A DNA stretch of 64,000 nucleotides from an uncultured Candidatus Saccharibacteria bacterium (GTDB lineage Bacteria; Patescibacteriota; UBA1384; CAILIB01; JAUSJZ01). The stretch covers positions 165-64,164 of the forward strand of contig CAYQWZ010000006.1 of the NCBI GenBank assembly GCA_964421635.1, in the 5' to 3' direction. Below are positions 18,310 through 28,061 of the stretch, piece by piece; position 1 is the first letter of the stretch, and every line of letters begins with the position of its first letter. The notes under the pieces were generated by a model. The model saw only the letters and a list, made by a program, of their open reading frames with translations, had not been told where the DNA came from and did no database searches. Both the position numbers and the translations under genes were made by a program.

Positions 18310-20256
18310 ATGGAGATAAAAAAATCGGTAGTACTGCTTGATGGAGTTGGCCCAGCAAAAAAAGAGACTTTAGCAAAAATTGGTATTACCTCAATTAAGG
18401 ATTTACTCTATTGGCTGCCGAGAAAATACATTGACTGCACTAATCCTTCTTTAATTGAGTCCCTTCAGTATGGTCAGATGACTGCCATTTTAGCCGATAT
18501 AAAAAGTGTTTCTAAGCGCCGTACTCGTGGTCGCAAAACTATTGTTGAAGCAAAGCTTGAAGATGAAACAGGGAGCATTGAAGCCATCTGGTTTAATCAG
18601 TCCTACATTGAGCCGCTGTTACAGCGAATGAAGCGCGGACTTTTTGTCGGGCCTGTTCGAGCTCATTATCAGACGCGACGCTTAATTATGGCAGCACCGA
18701 AGATTGAAAAAAAACCTACGATTTTGCCAATTTATCCTCTGACCGCTGGGTTAACCTCGCGCCAAATTAACAAGTTAGCGTCTGCGGTTTTGGCGCGAAC
18801 TGAATTAAAAGAAACTTTAACTAAAAACGATTTAGACAAGCTAGATTTAGTAGATATTAATAAAGCGCTCCGCTATTTGCATAATCCTAATTCGCTGGAA
18901 GAAGTGAGGGCGGGGCGGCGGCGAGTTATCTTTGACGAACTTTTTTCTCTGCAGAAAAAGTTGGCCAAAATTAAGCTGCAGTATAGTCGGCAAGCCGCCC
19001 TTAAAATTAAAGCTGATGCCAAACTTTTACAGAAATTTGTATCCTCATTACCTTTTAAACTAACGGATGACCAGCGCAAAGCCATTTGGCAGATGGCGCA
19101 AGAGCTGGAGCGGGGAAATCCTATGCATCGTTTATTAAATGGTGATGTTGGCTCGGGAAAAACTGTAGTAGCAGCCGCTTTGGCTTTATTAGTTTTTAAG
19201 GCTAAAAGCCGAACTGTTTTAATGGTGCCGACAGAAATTTTAGCCATTCAGCATGCTCAAAGTTTGACAGAGTTTTTAAGCTCTTTTGGCATTAGGGTTG
19301 GTTTGGTTACTGCGTTTGAGAAAGATTTTTCAGCCGATATTTTAGTTGGCACGCATGCTTTAATTTCAGACCAAGCCAAACTTGAAAATGTGGCTTTGGT
19401 AGTAGTCGATGAACAGCATCGTTTTGGTGTAGCGCAGCGTGAAAAATTGCGTCAAAAAGTGACAGACAGCGACAAATTAACAAGTTTGGCGCCGCATTTT
19501 CTAACCCTAACCGCGACCCCAATTCCGCGCTCCTTAGCGCTAGCTCTATTTGGCGATTTAGATATTACAATTTTAAAACAGATGCCGGCTAATCGTATTC
19601 CTATTAATACTGAGGTTTTGCGCCCGGCTACTGAGCATCTAGCTTTTGAGGCTATTAGAGCGGCGGCCGGGCGCCATGAGCAATCCTTCGTGGTTTGCCC
19701 TTTAATTGAGGAACAATCGGGGGATGCAATTTTATTAGATGAGAAAAAGAGTGTGACAGAAATTTATCGGCGGTTGACCAAGGAAATTTTTCCCAACCTA
19801 AAAATTAAAATGTTGCATGGCCAGATTAAATCTGAGCAGAAAGAGAAAATATTACGGCAGTTTCAGCAAGGTGAGTTCGATGTTTTGGTGGCTACTTCGG
19901 TGGTGGAAGTGGGTGTGGATATTCCGGCCGCTACCGTCATGTTTATTGAAGGAGCGGAGAATTTTGGTGTGGCTCAACTTCATCAGTTACGCGGGCGGAT
20001 TGGTCGGCGCGATAAACAAGCTCAGTGTTTCTTTATGGTGCGGCAAGATATAGATTTAGCGCTGGCGAGAGCGCAGAAAGTGGCTTCTAGTACAGACGGA
20101 TTTGAACTAGCACATTTTGATCTGCAAAAGCGTGGCCCCGGCGAGCTAGTAGGATTAGCCCAGAAAGGCATTAATCATCTATTTTTAGAGAATTTAGATT
20201 TTGAACTTCTAGCCCAGGCGCAAGATTTGGCGCGTAAAAAAGTGATAACCGCGTAA
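18310..20256 (+). CDS. recG: ATP-dependent DNA helicase RecG
   Basis: GDVGSGKT, PTEILA.QH, DEQHRFGV, TATPIPR, QLHQLRGRIGR and RGPGE. Confidence 0.95.
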   Translation: MEIKKSVVLLDGVGPAKKETLAKIGITSIKDLLYWLPRKYIDCTNPSLIESLQYGQMTAILADIKSVSKRRTRGRKTIVEAKLEDETGSIEAIWFNQSYIEPLLQRMKRGLFVGPVRAHYQTRRLIMAAPKIEKKPTILPIYPLTAGLTSRQINKLASAVLARTELKETLTKNDLDKLDLVDINKALRYLHNPNSLEEVRAGRRRVIFDELFSLQKKLAKIKLQYSRQAALKIKADAKLLQKFVSSLPFKLTDDQRKAIWQMAQELERGNPMHRLLNGDVGSGKTVVAAALALLVFKAKSRTVLMVPTEILAIQHAQSLTEFLSSFGIRVGLVTAFEKDFSADILVGTHALISDQAKLENVALVVVDEQHRFGVAQREKLRQKVTDSDKLTSLAPHFLTLTATPIPRSLALALFGDLDITILKQMPANRIPINTEVLRPATEHLAFEAIRAAAGRHEQSFVVCPLIEEQSGDAILLDEKKSVTEIYRRLTKEIFPNLKIKMLHGQIKSEQKEKILRQFQQGEFDVLVATSVVEVGVDIPAATVMFIEGAENFGVAQLHQLRGRIGRRDKQAQCFFMVRQDIDLALARAQKVASSTDGFELAHFDLQKRGPGELVGLAQKGINHLFLENLDFELLAQAQDLARKKVITA

Positions 20257-20291
20257 TCTTTATTTAATGTAACCTCAGTTAGTCTGAGAGC

Positions 20292-20789
20292 ATGAATTCA
20301 AAATTACCAAATTATTTAGGTTGGCTGTTTGTGGTGCTAGCCATTGTGGCCAGTCTATTTGTAGCTAGTAAACGACTGGCCGATAAATATGTCAACTCTA
20401 AATTAGAAGATTTATCAGCTGCAATGTCTGAAGAAATCAGTCAGCTGTCTATTAGTCTAGTTGAGTTTGAATCTGGTTTATTAGATTTAAAAAACGAAGT
20501 TCGCGGGGCGGCCACTACTGTTAGTTCTGACGCGGCTGAACCAGAATCTCAACCATCTGAAAATGCAGCGCCGTCAACGAAAACGGCAGCGTCAACAGTC
20601 AGCCAAGCGGGCAAAATTAATATCAATTCGGCCAGTTTGTCTCAATTAATGACCCTGCCGGGCATTGGCCAATCTTACGCTACGAGAATTATTGAAGGCC
20701 GCCCCTATAGTTCAATTAACGATTTAACTCGAGTTAAAGGTATTGGCCCTAAAACGCTCGAAAAAATTGCTGCTCAAATTAGCATCTAG
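20292..20789 (+). CDS. comEA: ComEA family DNA-binding protein
   Basis: N-terminal TM and tandem HhH motifs (ININSAS...LPGIG...VKGIG). Confidence 0.85.
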   Translation: MNSKLPNYLGWLFVVLAIVASLFVASKRLADKYVNSKLEDLSAAMSEEISQLSISLVEFESGLLDLKNEVRGAATTVSSDAAEPESQPSENAAPSTKTAASTVSQAGKININSASLSQLMTLPGIGQSYATRIIEGRPYSSINDLTRVKGIGPKTLEKIAAQISI

Positions 20790-20850
20790 TAAGTCTCGGG
20801 CACTTGATTTTGGCTGTATTATCAGGTAAAGTTCTGTATAGTTGAATTAT

Positions 20851-20937
20851 GCCGGGGTGGCGAAATTGGCAGACGCGCTAGATTTAGGATCTAGTAGGAG
20901 CAATCCTGTGGAGGTTCAAGTCCTCTTCCCGGCACCA
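20851..20937 (+). tRNA. tRNA-Leu (anticodon TAG)
   Basis: GCCGGGG/TCCCGGC acceptor, anticodon arm CTAGA-TTTAGGA-TCTAG, long variable arm, GTTCAAG T-loop and encoded CCA. Confidence 0.95.
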
Positions 20938-21100
20938 AAGAAAAATGTTCCTTGCTTTTCTGATTTGCGCGCGACCAATTTCTTCTAAAAATGAAAGGAC
21001 ATTTTTCTTTGGTGTTCTGTCCTCTAAGCCTTCAATTCAAACGGTTGTCAAAATTTCCGCAGGGTTGGGAATAAGCATTGATGATTTAATTAAATAAAAA

Positions 21101-22900
21101 ATGAATTATTCGTACAACAATATGAAAACCGTGCTTAAAAAACTAAAAGACAACGATTTAGTTATTCTTGATCAACAGATATTTTCTGAGAGAGACCTTC
21201 GTACCCTTGCAAATCTTTTAAGCCTTGAGCAGCAAGAACCTATTATTATTCGTAATTTAATATCTCAATACCCCGCGCATGGTAAAAACTTTGATTGGAA
21301 CATGGGTAGCATACTTCAACATATCGAGGTTTCAATAATCATTGATGTTTTAAGTGAAAATACAAATTTACAACTTTATAATTCCATCGGACTTGTGTGG
21401 GCACTTGGAGAATTTAAGAATATGAATCGCATTATTACTGATTTCTTATATAACACTATCAAGAATTCAACGAGTTCAGATGCGTGGTGGCGCGCCGCTT
21501 TTTCTCTAGAGAAGCTTGGACTTGAGGAGGCGGTGAACTTACTTAAGATGTCTCTTAAAACAACAAAATTACGAGAACTAGATTACTATCTTCATGCGTT
21601 GAGCGACAAACGTTCTGTAATAAGTATTCTTATTTTGAGCAACGTTGAAAATATTGAGCGCGTCGTGTATCCAAAAATAAAAAAGGCGTTTCTTGAGACC
21701 CAAGATGACGCTATAATTATCAACTGCTGTTGGTTAATTGGTAGATTGAAATTAATTGATAAGGAAATTTATGAGAAGTTACTTAAATTAATTTCCCACA
21801 ACAATTACGAGTTAAAATATTACACCTTTTTTGCTCTACAGAATAACGCAACAGAATCACTACGCCCTATTCTGGAGAAATCGCTTAATGATGGTGATCC
21901 GCTGATTAGAAAAATGGCAACTCGAGGTTTAATGAGTATTGGCAATTCAGAATCACTTATGGCTTTGCATGCTGCTTTATTTAAAGAAGTTGAAGAGGCG
22001 GTGGTCTCAGAAATTAGTAACGCGATCTATAATTTAAAAAATCCTGCCAAACACTCGAAGCTTTTACTAAGAATAAAATCATATAGAAACGAGAATGGAA
22101 TGATTTCTGATGAGAGTGATAAGTGGTATCATGACCCATCGATTTATCATGTATTTTCGGAGGCTGAGGATCCAGAAAACCTATGCTTCTCGCTTGTTCA
22201 AGAACGCACAAGTGGAAAAATAATACAAAACCCAATTGATTTAGCAAGTGGAACTGGAAGAATGATATGGCAAATCATTAATAAGATGCCGTTTAATGGA
22301 ACACTGTTTGCTGTTGATGCTAGTGAACAAATGTGCGATTTTATGACAAAAACTATAAAAAGGGAAAGAAAATTTACTAGTGATATACAGATTGTTCAAC
22401 AACCAATTATCGATGCGCCAAGTTCTATACAAGTAAAATCCTCATTTATTATTAGTTCATTTGGGTTTCCGAGCAGGATTACTAATGCAAGCCTGTGTTT
22501 TGCTGAATTGAACGCGGTATATAACTTACTTACAGATAATGGATTATTTTTAACTATTGGGTGGGATGAAACATTCAATGATGAGCTTAATCATATGTGG
22601 TATAAATTTATACCCGACAATATTGCTGCTCAAAATTTTGAAGAATGGCGACATAAACGATCTATAACAATTCAAAGCCCACGAAATTGTGGTTTAACAT
22701 GGCTTAAGAAAGGTATCTCTGTTCCATTGCAATTTGAATCACAAAAAGAAGCAGCATTTGTTATAGGGTATTTATTTGGCCGTGACGCAGCTCAATATGT
22801 TATGAATACTGGAAAAACAGAATGGAACATGTCGCTCGGGATTACATGCAACACAAAAGAAGAATTAAAAGCGATCATTAAATCATATGAAGGAAATTGA
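21101..22900 (+). CDS. HEAT-like repeat protein fused to a class I SAM-dependent methyltransferase domain
   Basis: HEAT/PBS-like repeats (VWALGE, WRAAFSLEK, CWLIGRL, LNDGDPLIRKMATRGLMSIG) followed by MTase motif I IDLASGTG and AVDASEQM. Confidence 0.7.
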   Translation: MNYSYNNMKTVLKKLKDNDLVILDQQIFSERDLRTLANLLSLEQQEPIIIRNLISQYPAHGKNFDWNMGSILQHIEVSIIIDVLSENTNLQLYNSIGLVWALGEFKNMNRIITDFLYNTIKNSTSSDAWWRAAFSLEKLGLEEAVNLLKMSLKTTKLRELDYYLHALSDKRSVISILILSNVENIERVVYPKIKKAFLETQDDAIIINCCWLIGRLKLIDKEIYEKLLKLISHNNYELKYYTFFALQNNATESLRPILEKSLNDGDPLIRKMATRGLMSIGNSESLMALHAALFKEVEEAVVSEISNAIYNLKNPAKHSKLLLRIKSYRNENGMISDESDKWYHDPSIYHVFSEAEDPENLCFSLVQERTSGKIIQNPIDLASGTGRMIWQIINKMPFNGTLFAVDASEQMCDFMTKTIKRERKFTSDIQIVQQPIIDAPSSIQVKSSFIISSFGFPSRITNASLCFAELNAVYNLLTDNGLFLTIGWDETFNDELNHMWYKFIPDNIAAQNFEEWRHKRSITIQSPRNCGLTWLKKGISVPLQFESQKEAAFVIGYLFGRDAAQYVMNTGKTEWNMSLGITCNTKEELKAIIKSYEGN

Positions 22901-23558
22901 AATTTTAATTGAGGTTAAGAGTACGAAACAAATTGCTATCAATGCATTAAAGCAATTTACATGTCACGGTATTAAGCATACGCTAGATATTTATTTTTTT
23001 GATCCATTAAGACAAGATCTGCAGCCAGAAGTTAATGGACGACTGAGGAGATCATTTCGTCTGCGGAAAAAAGATACAGAGTGTTCTATTGCATACAAAA
23101 TTGATCATTTTAAGCAGGGTGGCGATAAATGGCTTTACTCTGATGAACATGAGGTTTCTGTTCATAATTTTGATATCATGCTTTCCATACTGAGACACCT
23201 TGGCCTTCAAGAGCTTGTTGTGGTAGACAATGAAAAGCATGTTTTTACAACACCAGAATATGAAGTAGTGCTAGAAAATGTTAAAAACTTCGGCTTATTT
23301 TTAGAGGTTGAGCAACTTTCTCAAGTTCCTGATGACAAAATTATTGACGCAAAAAAGAAGATTAAAAAATTTCTTAGTAGTTTAAATATTAAATTTGGTA
23401 ATGAACTCAATTCTGGCAAGCCAGAACTTATTTTAAAGAAACAAACAAATCTTTTCTCAATTGAATCCCGCCCGAATTTTGCCAAAAGAAAAAAGCGGAG
23501 GATTTCTCCCCAAACCCCTCCTCCTCCGCTTGCGACATCCAAATTCAAAAAAGATTAG
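22887..23558 (+). CDS. CYTH-domain protein (class IV adenylate cyclase/triphosphatase family)
   Basis: N-terminal EIEILIEVK, DIYF, SFRLR, AYK, DEHEV and GLFLEVE. Overlaps the upstream gene. Confidence 0.8.
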   Translation: MKEIEILIEVKSTKQIAINALKQFTCHGIKHTLDIYFFDPLRQDLQPEVNGRLRRSFRLRKKDTECSIAYKIDHFKQGGDKWLYSDEHEVSVHNFDIMLSILRHLGLQELVVVDNEKHVFTTPEYEVVLENVKNFGLFLEVEQLSQVPDDKIIDAKKKIKKFLSSLNIKFGNELNSGKPELILKKQTNLFSIESRPNFAKRKKRRISPQTPPPPLATSKFKKD

Positions 23559-23679
23559 CCAATTATTTTGCGAAAATCCAATCCCAAAAAAATAGTTTTC
23601 GCAAAACCGAGTCCGCATTAGTCCCGCCACCTACTCGAATACTTGGAGGGCAGAACACCAAAAAACAATTAAACATACA

Positions 23680-23705
23680 GCCTGCCTGCCTGCAGGCAGG
23701 CAGGC
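23680..23705. repeat. Perfect 26-bp palindrome (REP-like)
   Basis: gcctgcctgcctg-caggcaggcaggc. Confidence 0.85.
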
Positions 23706-23740
23706 GAGCAAGTAGCTAATTTTTGACGATTAGTAGTGTG

Positions 23741-23762
23741 AAGTCCCATTCGGGACTTTTTT
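23741..23762 (+). terminator. Terminator-like hairpin
   Basis: aagtccc-attc-gggactt followed by a T-run. Confidence 0.65.
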
Positions 23763-23763
23763 A

Positions 23764-24246
23764 TTAAAGTTTGGTCTTGAGAAACTTAGTAAATCTCTTC
23801 ATCTCTTTCTGATAAGCCGGCAATATTTTCTTTTGTTTTTCTTTTGATAGAGCCTGTATTGCTGTCAAACCAGCGCTATGCAATCTAATGCTGTAACCCA
23901 TTTCAGATAAAATAAGGATTAATTTATAATCTGGCTTATCCTTCTGATAAAATTCAGCTAACAAATTATGAAGTTTATTTGCTAAAGTCGAAATCTGTTT
24001 CTCTACTTTTTGTCGGTTCTTTTTTACTTTATACCAGCTTTTATTCTCTGGAAGTTTGGGGGTTATCTCTACCCAAGGTGCCACTAAGCTCTAGCCGATA
24101 TGGCCTTCGCAAGATTGTGTGGTGGGGAAACCCAGAGAGTTTAAATAAAGCACGGTATCAAAAATACCCGATTCTATTGGTACGCCTAATTTATCGGTAG
24201 TTTCGAGTAATTGTTTTTTGGCTTTAGCTAAATCTTTTTTATTCAT
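23764..24246 (-). pseudogene. SCEGH-motif hypothetical gene interrupted by an in-frame TAG
   Basis: ATG 24246 (6 nt after TG-A-GATAAT) reads MNKKDL...LNSLGFPTTQSCEGHIG*SLVAPWVE. The TAG is at 24093-24091 and the frame continues into the called 106-aa ORF. Confidence 0.7.
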
Positions 24247-24331
24247 ATATCCATTATCTCATATATGCATAATTCAGTTCGAGGGGCTTTTTGTTGCCAC
24301 CAGATAAAGGATTTGGTAGAGTCAGCGCAGT

Positions 24332-25204
24332 GTGAAAAAACCGAAAATAATTGTTGTTTTAGGCCCGACGGCGAGTGGAAAGACTTCACTGGGAGCTTTT
24401 TTGGGAAAAAAATTAAAGGGTGAAATTATTTCAGCCGACTCGCGGCAGGTTTACAGACGGCTTGATTTAGGCACGGGAAAAGAAAAATTAGAAATCCCCC
24501 AGCATTTAATAGATATAGTTCAGCCAGAACAGCGTTTTACCGTGGCAGAGTGGAAAAAACTAGCAGACAAGAGTATTGCCGAGCTGTTGCAGCGAGGCGT
24601 TATCCCTGTAATTGTGGGTGGCACAAGCTTGTATATAGAGGCGCTACTGAAAAATTATCAGTTTGGGTCGCAAAATTTAAAGCTGCGATCAGAGCTAGAA
24701 AAAATGAGTCTTAAGGATTTACAGAAAAAATTAAAACAAATTAATCCTCAATTAGAAAAAGAGATTGAGAGTAATAACAAGCGCTACATAATTCGGGCGA
24801 TTGAGAAAAACGAAAGTGAGAATGGGGTTGTAGTGAGTAATCCTTTATATGACTATATTTTGCTGACCCCCAAAATTTCGCGCCAAAAGTTGTACCAGCA
24901 AATTGATAAGCGAGTTGACGACAGAATGGATGAGGGAATGCTAAAAGAGGTAAAAGATTTAGTCAAGACTGGAATTTCTAAAGATTGGCTAATGTCACTA
25001 GGGCTTGAGTATAGATATCTGACTAAACTTGTCATGGGAGAGCTTTCGCGCGAAGAAGCGATTTCAAAATTGAAGTTTGATACTCATAGTTTTGCGCGCA
25101 AACAGCTAGCTTGGTGGCGACGCGGAAACTGGCCACAAGAAATAAAAATTATTGATTCTAAAAAACAAGCGCTAAGCTTAGCGCAGAAGTTCTTAAAAGA
25201 TTAG
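24332..25204 (+). CDS. miaA: tRNA dimethylallyltransferase
   Basis: GPTASGKT, ISADSRQVY, DLGTGK and VGGTSLY. Confidence 0.95.
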   Translation: MKKPKIIVVLGPTASGKTSLGAFLGKKLKGEIISADSRQVYRRLDLGTGKEKLEIPQHLIDIVQPEQRFTVAEWKKLADKSIAELLQRGVIPVIVGGTSLYIEALLKNYQFGSQNLKLRSELEKMSLKDLQKKLKQINPQLEKEIESNNKRYIIRAIEKNESENGVVVSNPLYDYILLTPKISRQKLYQQIDKRVDDRMDEGMLKEVKDLVKTGISKDWLMSLGLEYRYLTKLVMGELSREEAISKLKFDTHSFARKQLAWWRRGNWPQEIKIIDSKKQALSLAQKFLKD

Positions 25205-25296
25205 GAAGTAGCTTGTTTACTCGCAGCTATCGATGGGCGAGGCAAAGGTAGTATTAGCCCCAATTTCAGTCCATTTTGAGTTATAATAAAATCTAC

Positions 25297-25974
25297 ATGG
25301 TTGAATTTAGAGACGTATCTCGAAAGTACGGTCAAATTGAGGCGGTTTCAGATGTTAGTTTTCATATTGCCAAAGGAGAGTTTGTCTCTTTAGTGGGGCC
25401 CTCAGGAGCTGGTAAATCTACAATTGTGCGGCTACTATTGCGTGAAGAGCCACCAACCGCGGGAAAAATTTTAGTAGCTGGAAGAGATATAACCCAGCTA
25501 AAATACAATGAACTTCCTTATTATAGAAGAAAGATTGGTGTCGTTTGGCAAGATTTTAGACTATTACCAAATAAAACAGTTTACGAAAATGTCGCTTTTG
25601 CCCTAGAAGTGTCAGATGCAACTCGTGGCGAAATCGAGCAAAAGGTCCCAGCCAGTTTAGAAACAGTCGGCATGCTTGGTCGCACTGATAACTTTCCGAA
25701 AGAATTATCTGGCGGAGAGAAACAAAGAGTGGCCATCGCCCGCGCTTTAGTTCATGATCCTAAAATTTTGGTAGCAGATGAGCCAACGGGAAACCTTGAC
25801 CCCGTTAACACTTGGGAAATTATTGAGTTACTTTTCAAAATTAATCAGCAAGGAACCATGGTGATTTTAGCCACGCACGATAAAGAAATTATCGACACTC
25901 TTAAAAAAAGAGTTATTACTATGCGAGCTGGAAAAGTTGTAGCAGATCAGAAAAAAGGTAAATATCTACTGTGA
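25297..25974 (+). CDS. ftsE: Cell division ATP-binding protein FtsE
   Basis: GPSGAGKS, WQDFRLL, LSGGEKQR and ADEPTGNLD; lies directly before ftsX. Confidence 0.92.
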   Translation: MVEFRDVSRKYGQIEAVSDVSFHIAKGEFVSLVGPSGAGKSTIVRLLLREEPPTAGKILVAGRDITQLKYNELPYYRRKIGVVWQDFRLLPNKTVYENVAFALEVSDATRGEIEQKVPASLETVGMLGRTDNFPKELSGGEKQRVAIARALVHDPKILVADEPTGNLDPVNTWEIIELLFKINQQGTMVILATHDKEIIDTLKKRVITMRAGKVVADQKKGKYLL

Positions 25975-26882
25975 ATTTTATTCGACTATTTAGAATTTGT
26001 AGCTTTGGCTGGCAAGGATTTCGTCGCAACGGCTGGTTATCCTTCATTGCCATTATTAATGTAGCGCTAACGCTTTTGATGATTAGTGTGGCGTTAGTTG
26101 GCTCAATTACTCTAAACGAGCAGCGCAAAGAAGTTGAAGAAGAGCTAGATTTAACAATATTTTTAAAAGAAGAGGCGCAAGAGGAAGATATTTTGGCGAC
26201 GGCCAATCGTTTGCAAGAGCGTGGTGATGTCAAAGAGGTTATTTATGTAGACAAAGAGAAAGCGCTGGCTGAATATATTGAGCTCAATAAAGGTGACGAA
26301 GAGCTGTTGGCTATTTCAGATGAAATTGGAAGCTCTCTGGCGCGCTACATTCGAGTTAAGCCAAAAGTTGCCGATAGTCTAAAAGAAATTAATGACTTCG
26401 TTTTAAACAAATATAATCCAATAGTTGATGAGACTAGTTATGAGGCGACGCGCGAAAGTATTAACGATTTTATAAACGCTTCCAAGTTTATTATTAGAAT
26501 TAGCATTGTCTTCAGTGGAGTTTTGACTATTGTTTCTATCATTGTGGTTTTGAATGTCATTCGGTTAGCAATATTCTCGCGTCGAGAGGAAATTCAGGTA
26601 ATGCGCATTGTCGGCGCCTCTAATGAATTAATCCGTTTGCCGTTTGTTATAGAAGGATTAATCTTCGGCATCCTAGCAGCCCTTATTGCTCTTTTGATGT
26701 TCTGGCTAGGAGCGGCTTGGCTAAAAAGTCAAATTCCACTTTATTTCCCATATTCAGAGGCTAATCCTTTAATGTTATTCACGCAGTACTTTGGTGAATT
26801 ATTCTGGTCGAATATGCTGACGGGAATATTACTATCGACTTTCATTTCATATATAGCGGTCAGAAGATATCTGAAGTTATGA
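25971..26882 (+). CDS. ftsX: Cell division permease FtsX
   Basis: 4-TM layout with the motif RREEIQVMRIVGAS...PFVIEG. Confidence 0.9.
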   Translation: MNFIRLFRICSFGWQGFRRNGWLSFIAIINVALTLLMISVALVGSITLNEQRKEVEEELDLTIFLKEEAQEEDILATANRLQERGDVKEVIYVDKEKALAEYIELNKGDEELLAISDEIGSSLARYIRVKPKVADSLKEINDFVLNKYNPIVDETSYEATRESINDFINASKFIIRISIVFSGVLTIVSIIVVLNVIRLAIFSRREEIQVMRIVGASNELIRLPFVIEGLIFGILAALIALLMFWLGAAWLKSQIPLYFPYSEANPLMLFTQYFGELFWSNMLTGILLSTFISYIAVRRYLKL

Positions 26883-28051
26883 ATAAAAAAAATATTATAG
26901 TATTGCTGCTGTTGGCTACGCTCGCTTTTATGCCCAATTTTGCAATGGCTGCTTCGATTTATAATAGTAAATCTATTAGTGAGTTGCGGGCTGAAAAAGA
27001 ACGTTTAGAAAAAATTGCCGAACAAAAAAGGGCCGAGGCTGGTGTGCAGGCGGATATCGCTGACGATGCTGAAGCGGAAATTAAAAAGCTAGATAAAAGT
27101 ATTGCTTCTACGCAGGCGCAAATTGCGGCTACTTCTTCATCTATTGAGTTAACTGAAAATGAGTTAGTTGAGCTTGGTAATCAAATTGGGCAGAAAGAAG
27201 AAGAGATTACAACTAAACAAAATGGTATTAAAGCCACTATTCGCAAATACTTTAAGATGCAGCTGATTCGAGAGAATGTGGGTAATATCGATGTCATTTT
27301 TGGTGAAGGTGGAATCTCTAAAAAAATAAGAGAGAAGAAAAGTTACTCGGCTGTAAAGACAGAGCTTAATCGAAAAAAGGAGGAGCTGCTTTCTATTAAA
27401 CAAGAATTAGAGACTAATAAGAGTGATGCTGAAGATAAAAAAGTGGCGCTGGAGAGCTACAAGGTGCAAAAAGAAATTCAACACAATGATTTGGAGGTTC
27501 AGGAGAGCAGACAAAAGGCGTTAAAGTCTAGCGCCGAAATTGCCTACGCAGAATTAAAAACAGAAGAGAAGAAGGCAATTTCGGAAGAAGCAGAAATAGA
27601 AGCTATTATTACGCAAAAAATTCAGCAGGCTCTACGAAATCGCATGGCTGGTTCTGGCCGCACCGCTTTTGGGGCGGGCACACCTGTTTCTCAGGGAGAT
27701 ATTATTGGTCACCTTGGAAGTACTGGTTTTTCGACCGGTCCGCATGTTCATTTCAGCGTCTTCACGCCTGAGGGGGCGACTGTTAATCCACGGACACGGC
27801 TGGGCAGTATCTACATCTGGCCGGTGGTAGACTACTATGTTTCCCAAGAGTATGGCCCAGCCGGATGGCGAAATCCTGTTTACACATTTCATAACGGAAT
27901 TGATTTAGCGGGCCCTGCCGGACAACCGGTTTACGCGGCGAGCGATGGCGAAATAATTTTAGACGAATACTACGGCGGATACGGTTACGCAGTAGTTATT
28001 GAACACGACGATGGATGGGTAACCTTGTATGGCCATATGATTGGCAGCTAG
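26879..28051 (+). CDS. Coiled-coil M23 peptidase (EnvC/PcsB-like position)
   Basis: Signal peptide, long coiled coil, and M23 motifs STGPHVHF and HNGID...YGH. Confidence 0.85.
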   Translation: MNKKNIIVLLLLATLAFMPNFAMAASIYNSKSISELRAEKERLEKIAEQKRAEAGVQADIADDAEAEIKKLDKSIASTQAQIAATSSSIELTENELVELGNQIGQKEEEITTKQNGIKATIRKYFKMQLIRENVGNIDVIFGEGGISKKIREKKSYSAVKTELNRKKEELLSIKQELETNKSDAEDKKVALESYKVQKEIQHNDLEVQESRQKALKSSAEIAYAELKTEEKKAISEEAEIEAIITQKIQQALRNRMAGSGRTAFGAGTPVSQGDIIGHLGSTGFSTGPHVHFSVFTPEGATVNPRTRLGSIYIWPVVDYYVSQEYGPAGWRNPVYTFHNGIDLAGPAGQPVYAASDGEIILDEYYGGYGYAVVIEHDDGWVTLYGHMIGS

Positions 28052-28061
28052 AATAGGTTGT

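Larger units (their letters stand above)
21008..23662. mobile_element. tRNA-Leu-associated cargo cassette bounded by 21-bp imperfect inverted repeats
   Basis: tttggtgttctgtcctctaag (21008-21028) matches the reverse complement of 23642-23662 (tttggtgttctgccctccaag) at 19/21. The cargo is AT-rich and no recombinase is present. Confidence 0.55.

Noticed and set aside
24091-24093. Genome-wide stop-codon reassignment
   Set aside because: TAG and TGA both terminate conserved genes here (e.g. metG TAG, tpiA TGA), and long genes have no internal stops.
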